IMG/VR virus record: IMGVR_UViG_3300045996_001623
Location: 1 to 55,770 of that record
DNA from: a virus
Taxonomy: Duplodnaviria > Caudoviricetes
Reading direction: 5' to 3' (one strand)
Length of the DNA stretch: 55,770 nt
Shown: in pieces, positions 51,918 to 55,770 of the stretch
How the letters are laid out: every line of letters starts with the position of its first letter
Position numbering within the stretch: the first letter of the stretch is position 1
Position numbers and translations under genes: made by a program
Notes under the pieces: generated by a model
The model's database searches: none
What the model saw: the letters and a program-made list of their open reading frames with translations, nothing else
What the model was told of the DNA's origin: nothing

Positions 51918-53366
51918 ATGATGTCCCGATTTCGCCGTGTCCTGATGGTCGGCGCCATGGTCTGCGTAGCCGCAGCCTGCACGCCTCCGGCCGCCGCACA
52001 CGACTCCGGCACCACCGACTACCAGGTCACCGCCGCCGACGTCGCCGGTTCGTCGACCTCCGCTGACTGGGTGCTGATCGCCCGAGCGATCGTCGCCCGC
52101 GACCACGACGGCGCCACCCTCACCACCGCCGAGGCCAACGACTTCGCCGCCTACCTGCAGCGCGCCAACCGGATCTCCGCTCCGCAGGTCGACACCCTGG
52201 TCGACTACCGGCCGAACCGGGTCCCCGCCGGAACCCCGCCGACGACCACGACGCTGCCCGCCACGACGACCACAGGAGCGCCGACATCTACAAGCACGAC
52301 TACGACGACCACGGTTGCGGCCACCACCACTGTGTCCGCGACGACGACCACGGTCCCTGCTGCCACCACTACGACGGCTGCCCCCACGACAACGGCCCCG
52401 GCGACGACCACGACGATCCCGGCTCCGCCCACGTCGACGATCCCGACGTCCAGCGGTGACTTCATCGAGGACTTCGCTTCGCCCGCATCGGTCGACCGGT
52501 TCGTGTGGGAGCAGTCCCACGGCGGCGTAGACCCGTTCCCCCGCACCGACCAGCCCCGCGAGTGGCAAGCCGACCATGACACGATGTGCGGCGCCCCTCC
52601 CACCCTGCGCACCGTCCACCTGCACGGCTCCGGCGGCTACTCCGGGCCCGGCCCGATCGCTACGGCGACCGGCGACAACGCGTTCTGGTGCGCCCCCGGC
52701 GCCGAGGCAGCGAAGGGGCACGTGATGACGTCGACGGTCCTCACCGCGTACGGCCACATCGACTTCTCCCCGGCGCGCAGCTTCACGAACGTCCGCCAGA
52801 TCTGCTGGGACATGAACCGCTCCGACCTGGGTGGCCGCAAGTGGTGGCAGGTGTCGATCATCCCCGAGGCCGCCTTCCAGGCCAACGGCGGCCATCTCGA
52901 CTACGTCCGCCCGAACCTCGAAGGTGACGGCAACGTCGCCGGAGGCTCCCACGTCCTGCCGCTGAACGCGTTCCAACTGTCCACGTTCCGCACCGAGAAC
53001 GTCTTCTCGCGTGGCGACGGAGTCAAGGCATCCGCCGGGTCCGAAGGCGCCGATCTGTCCTGGGCTGGCGGTGAGGCGTTCTGGAAGCCTGCGAGCGACC
53101 GCGCGAACCGGTACCGGCACTGCCTGACCGAGTCCGCCGCCGGTGTCACGTTGACGATGGTCGACCATCGCGGCACCGCTGACCCGTCCGACGATGACCC
53201 GTGGACGCAGAACATGGGCACCAACTTCCACATCCCGCAGGGCGCGGTGCGGGTCATCTTCCAGGACGTCACCTACGACTCGATCAAGGGTGACTTCGAG
53301 CGGGGCGGCGCGCCGCTGAACACGAACACCTGGCACGTCGACAACATCCTCATCGACGTCGCCTGA
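51918..53366 (+). CDS. Probable lipoprotein with Thr-rich linker and C-terminal beta-rich domain
   Basis: Basic N-terminus, hydrophobic core, VAAA-C lipobox, poly-Thr tract. Confidence 0.75.
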   Translation: MMSRFRRVLMVGAMVCVAAACTPPAAAHDSGTTDYQVTAADVAGSSTSADWVLIARAIVARDHDGATLTTAEANDFAAYLQRANRISAPQVDTLVDYRPNRVPAGTPPTTTTLPATTTTGAPTSTSTTTTTTVAATTTVSATTTTVPAATTTTAAPTTTAPATTTTIPAPPTSTIPTSSGDFIEDFASPASVDRFVWEQSHGGVDPFPRTDQPREWQADHDTMCGAPPTLRTVHLHGSGGYSGPGPIATATGDNAFWCAPGAEAAKGHVMTSTVLTAYGHIDFSPARSFTNVRQICWDMNRSDLGGRKWWQVSIIPEAAFQANGGHLDYVRPNLEGDGNVAGGSHVLPLNAFQLSTFRTENVFSRGDGVKASAGSEGADLSWAGGEAFWKPASDRANRYRHCLTESAAGVTLTMVDHRGTADPSDDDPWTQNMGTNFHIPQGAVRVIFQDVTYDSIKGDFERGGAPLNTNTWHVDNILIDVA

Positions 53367-53404
53367 ACCCCGAGGAACCACACCGCTGTAACTACGATGG
53401 TGTG

Positions 53405-53782
53405 ATGGAATCCGCCCACCCCCCGCTGCCCCAGCCGCCGGTAGCGGCGAAAGTCGCCCGGCCCCGTCGTCGTCGACGCCTGGGCCGCCGCCTCCCCGCC
53501 GTGACGTTCGCCGCCGCAGCCGCACTTGGCTCGTGCACCCCGACCGTGATGGACGTCTACGAGTACGGCGCTCAGAACCGCAACGCCCAGGTCATCTACA
53601 ACCACAACGGCACCGGCCGGAACTACACCGGCGCCTCCGGCGGCGTCTCGTTCGACACGTGCTGGTGGATTCTCATTCAGCGGCTCGACGACTACAAGGC
53701 GTCGCACGCCTGCCAGGTCAACCACGAGTGGATTCCTGGGTCGCTCGGCACCATCGACCTGACCCATGACGGAACCCCCTGA
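53405..53782 (+). CDS. Probable lipoprotein (Arg-rich, possibly Tat signal)
   Basis: RRRRRLGRR..AAALGS-C; leaderless after TACGAT 53393. Confidence 0.6.
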   Translation: MESAHPPLPQPPVAAKVARPRRRRRLGRRLPAVTFAAAAALGSCTPTVMDVYEYGAQNRNAQVIYNHNGTGRNYTGASGGVSFDTCWWILIQRLDDYKASHACQVNHEWIPGSLGTIDLTHDGTP

Positions 53783-53978
53783 CTCGGCCGACGACCCTGA
53801 GTGGTCGTCGGCCGAGGCGCTTTCCGAAGCGGCCGTGAACCTGATCGACTTCATGTCGTACGTCTGGGAGGAACAGACCGACGCCCTGCAGAAGCACCCT
53901 CTGGTCAGGGTGTTCCGCATCGCCGAGTCGGTCACGCTGTGCATCCTGAGCCGGGTGGAGCGCCTGCTGCCTCACTGA
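53766..53978 (+). CDS. Hypothetical protein
   Basis: Codon bias. Confidence 0.55.
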   Translation: MTEPPDSADDPEWSSAEALSEAAVNLIDFMSYVWEEQTDALQKHPLVRVFRIAESVTLCILSRVERLLPH

Positions 53979-54030
53979 ATCAGGGGACAAGGGATGGTAT
54001 TTCGGGGCGGGGTCCGCGCATCATGACCGC

Positions 54031-54318
54031 GTGCCGACTGATCCGGTCAGTCTGGCGCTGCTGGCCGCGGGCATCCTGTCGGCTGTGTGGGCGCTGCTAC
54101 ACGGCGCGGGTTCACCGCGGAACGACCCGCCGTGCACCGAGATGACGGCCGCCGATCACGAGCAATGCGCCGCCGATCTGCTCGAACAAGCCCGCCGTGA
54201 ATGGGGCACGAAGGTGCCGACGATGCTCGCCCAGCGCGCCCAGGCACATGCCCAGCTTGCAGCTTCGTTACGAATCGCCGATCAGACGGCTCATAACGAG
54301 ACAACCACCTGCTCGTAA
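54031..54318 (+). CDS. Hypothetical membrane-anchored protein
   Basis: N-terminal TM; AQAHAQLA motif. Confidence 0.55.
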   Translation: MPTDPVSLALLAAGILSAVWALLHGAGSPRNDPPCTEMTAADHEQCAADLLEQARREWGTKVPTMLAQRAQAHAQLAASLRIADQTAHNETTTCS

Positions 54319-54335
54319 CCGTTACAGTACGCGGC

Positions 54336-55271
54336 GTGAATCACATGACCCAGACCAAGACTTGGCTGACCCGCATCATCGCGGGCACCGCCCTCGCCGC
54401 CGCCACCGTCACGGTGACAGCGGGAGTCGTCTCCGCCCACGACCTCGCCGCTGACTGCGACGGCGTCACCGTCAACTACAGCCCGCTCACCGGCCCCGGC
54501 GGTTCGCCCGTCATCGCCGACACCGGGTTCACGTCCTGGGAGGACCTGGGGACCACCACGGTCACCGGCTACCAGAACAACGGCACCGAAGGCCCGAAGA
54601 CGGCGTCCCGACCGCCCGCCTGCGAGTCGCCCGGCAAGGTGACGATCTGCCACTATCCGCCCGGCAACCCCGACAACCCGCAGACCATCGAGATCGCCGA
54701 GTCCGCCTGGGAGGCCCACCAGGCCAAGCACGCCCGCGATGGCGGCCACGACACCGAGGGGCCCTGCCCGCAGGTGACGACGACTACGACCACGGAGCCG
54801 GAAGGCGACGACGGCACAACGACGACCACGGTGGCCGACACGACGACCACGGTGGCTGACACGACCACGACTGCTCCGGCCGACACCACGACGACCGTCG
54901 TCGACGGCACGACTACGACCGTTGCGGATGCGACGACCACGACCACCGAGGCCGCAGCGACCACCACGACCGTCGCCCCGACCGACACCGTCCCCGAGCC
55001 GCCCACCGCGGCGCCGCCCACTGGCGCCACGGTCACCGTCTACGTCTGCGCTGACTTCCGAGGGAACTGGGAACTCGCCGCCGAGTGGGTCGTCTTCTAC
55101 CAGTCGGTAGGCCGCCCGGATCTCGCCGCCGCCCTCGACGGCTGCGACAACCGCACGGTCGGTGGCAGCCTGCCCTCGACAGGCGGGTACGCCACCGGCT
55201 GGACCTCGCTGATCGCCCTCGTAGCGCTCATCGCTGGCAGCGTCCTGCTCGTCGTCCGCCGCCGTGCGTAG
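54336..55271 (+). CDS. LPXTG sortase-type cell-wall-anchored protein
   Basis: Signal peptide (VSA-H), KVTICH.PPGNP.N..TI..A..AH domain, Thr-rich stalk, LPSTG + TM + RRR. Confidence 0.85.
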   Translation: MNHMTQTKTWLTRIIAGTALAAATVTVTAGVVSAHDLAADCDGVTVNYSPLTGPGGSPVIADTGFTSWEDLGTTTVTGYQNNGTEGPKTASRPPACESPGKVTICHYPPGNPDNPQTIEIAESAWEAHQAKHARDGGHDTEGPCPQVTTTTTTEPEGDDGTTTTTVADTTTTVADTTTTAPADTTTTVVDGTTTTVADATTTTTEAAATTTTVAPTDTVPEPPTAAPPTGATVTVYVCADFRGNWELAAEWVVFYQSVGRPDLAAALDGCDNRTVGGSLPSTGGYATGWTSLIALVALIAGSVLLVVRRRA

Positions 55272-55280
55272 CATCCGTTC

Positions 55281-55770
55281 ATGCCGCTCGACCTGACGAA
55301 CCTCCCGAAAGTCGACTGGGTCAAGAGCCCAGTCGACGATCGGGACAACCTGTACCTGATCCGGTCGGTGCTCCGACCCGAAGCCGTCGAAGAGCCCGCC
55401 CCGACCCGGCCGAAGCTGCACGCCGGACCGTACGTCCGGATCGACCAAGGCCAGGAAGGGGCGTGCGTCGGCTTCGCTGTCGCCAATGACCTGCTTGGCT
55501 CACCGGTCCGTGTCCGCCCTCCCGGCTACGACAAGGCCCGCACGAAGGTCGACGTCGCCAACGCGTTCGCTCAGGCCCTGTTCGTCGCCGCGCGACGCGA
55601 CCACGACGAATGGGTCGGCGAGAACTACGACGGCACGTCGGTTCGGGCAGGGATGCTCGCCGCCCGTGCCGCCGGGTACATCGGCGAGTTCCGGTGGATC
55701 AGAAGCGCCGACGATCTGCGCCGCACCATCCACCAGGTCGGCCCGGTCATCATCGGTATCCCGTGGACGT
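55281..55770 (+). CDS. Papain-like (C1) cysteine peptidase, truncated by window end (absent from ORF track)
   Basis: DQGQEGACVGFA, DEW.GENYDGTSVRAG, GPVIIGIPW; leaderless ATG after TAGCAT. Confidence 0.8.
   Translation, partial: MPLDLTNLPKVDWVKSPVDDRDNLYLIRSVLRPEAVEEPAPTRPKLHAGPYVRIDQGQEGACVGFAVANDLLGSPVRVRPPGYDKARTKVDVANAFAQALFVAARRDHDEWVGENYDGTSVRAGMLAARAAGYIGEFRWIRSADDLRRTIHQVGPVIIGIPWT

Noticed and set aside
52240-54975. ACC/ACG-rich repeats
   Set aside because: Explained by poly-Thr linkers of exported proteins
1-55770. Diversity-generating retroelement, integrase/att site, intron or intein
   Set aside because: No reverse transcriptase, recombinase, TR/VR pair or split gene recognised; terminase length is ordinary

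Overview
High-GC tailed-phage (siphovirus-type) genome segment, most consistent with an actinobacterial host. The evidence is SigA-type TANNNT promoters, pervasive leaderless starts, an LPXTG protein, and structural proteins resembling cluster-B-like actinophages (recognised from motifs, no search run). Positions 1-360 hold a 3-tRNA cluster (Glu-CTC and two Ser tRNAs that fold as non-canonical 8/4 cloverleaves). Positions 0.5-32 kb hold virion genes in a scrambled order: capsid, tail tube, then HTH / MoxR-AAA / zincin-vWA, neck genes, TerL, MuF, fibre genes, portal, tail chaperone, tape measure, Dit, glycoside hydrolase, hub, and a second capsid protein. Positions 32-41.3 kb hold a mostly leftward block (ERF, GT2, RHH, MerR-HTH, HNH, and a replication initiator with internal iterons). 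Positions 41.5-55.8 kb hold rightward accessory genes (SGNH esterase, J-domain protein, lipoproteins, a sortase-type surface protein, a papain-like peptidase). No integrase, lysin, maturation protease, reverse transcriptase or CRISPR array was seen. The most novel signals are at nucleic-acid level: about 20 leaderless gene starts, often using the upstream TAA/TAG stop as the -10 box; a recurrent frame-independent (C)AGAC-N2-AGAC motif just downstream of predicted transcription starts; a Ser-rich leaderless micro-ORF in front of the tRNA cluster; a structured RNA antisense to the replication-initiator leader; and a second structured small RNA next to the portal gene. All functional roles are hypotheses from hand inspection.
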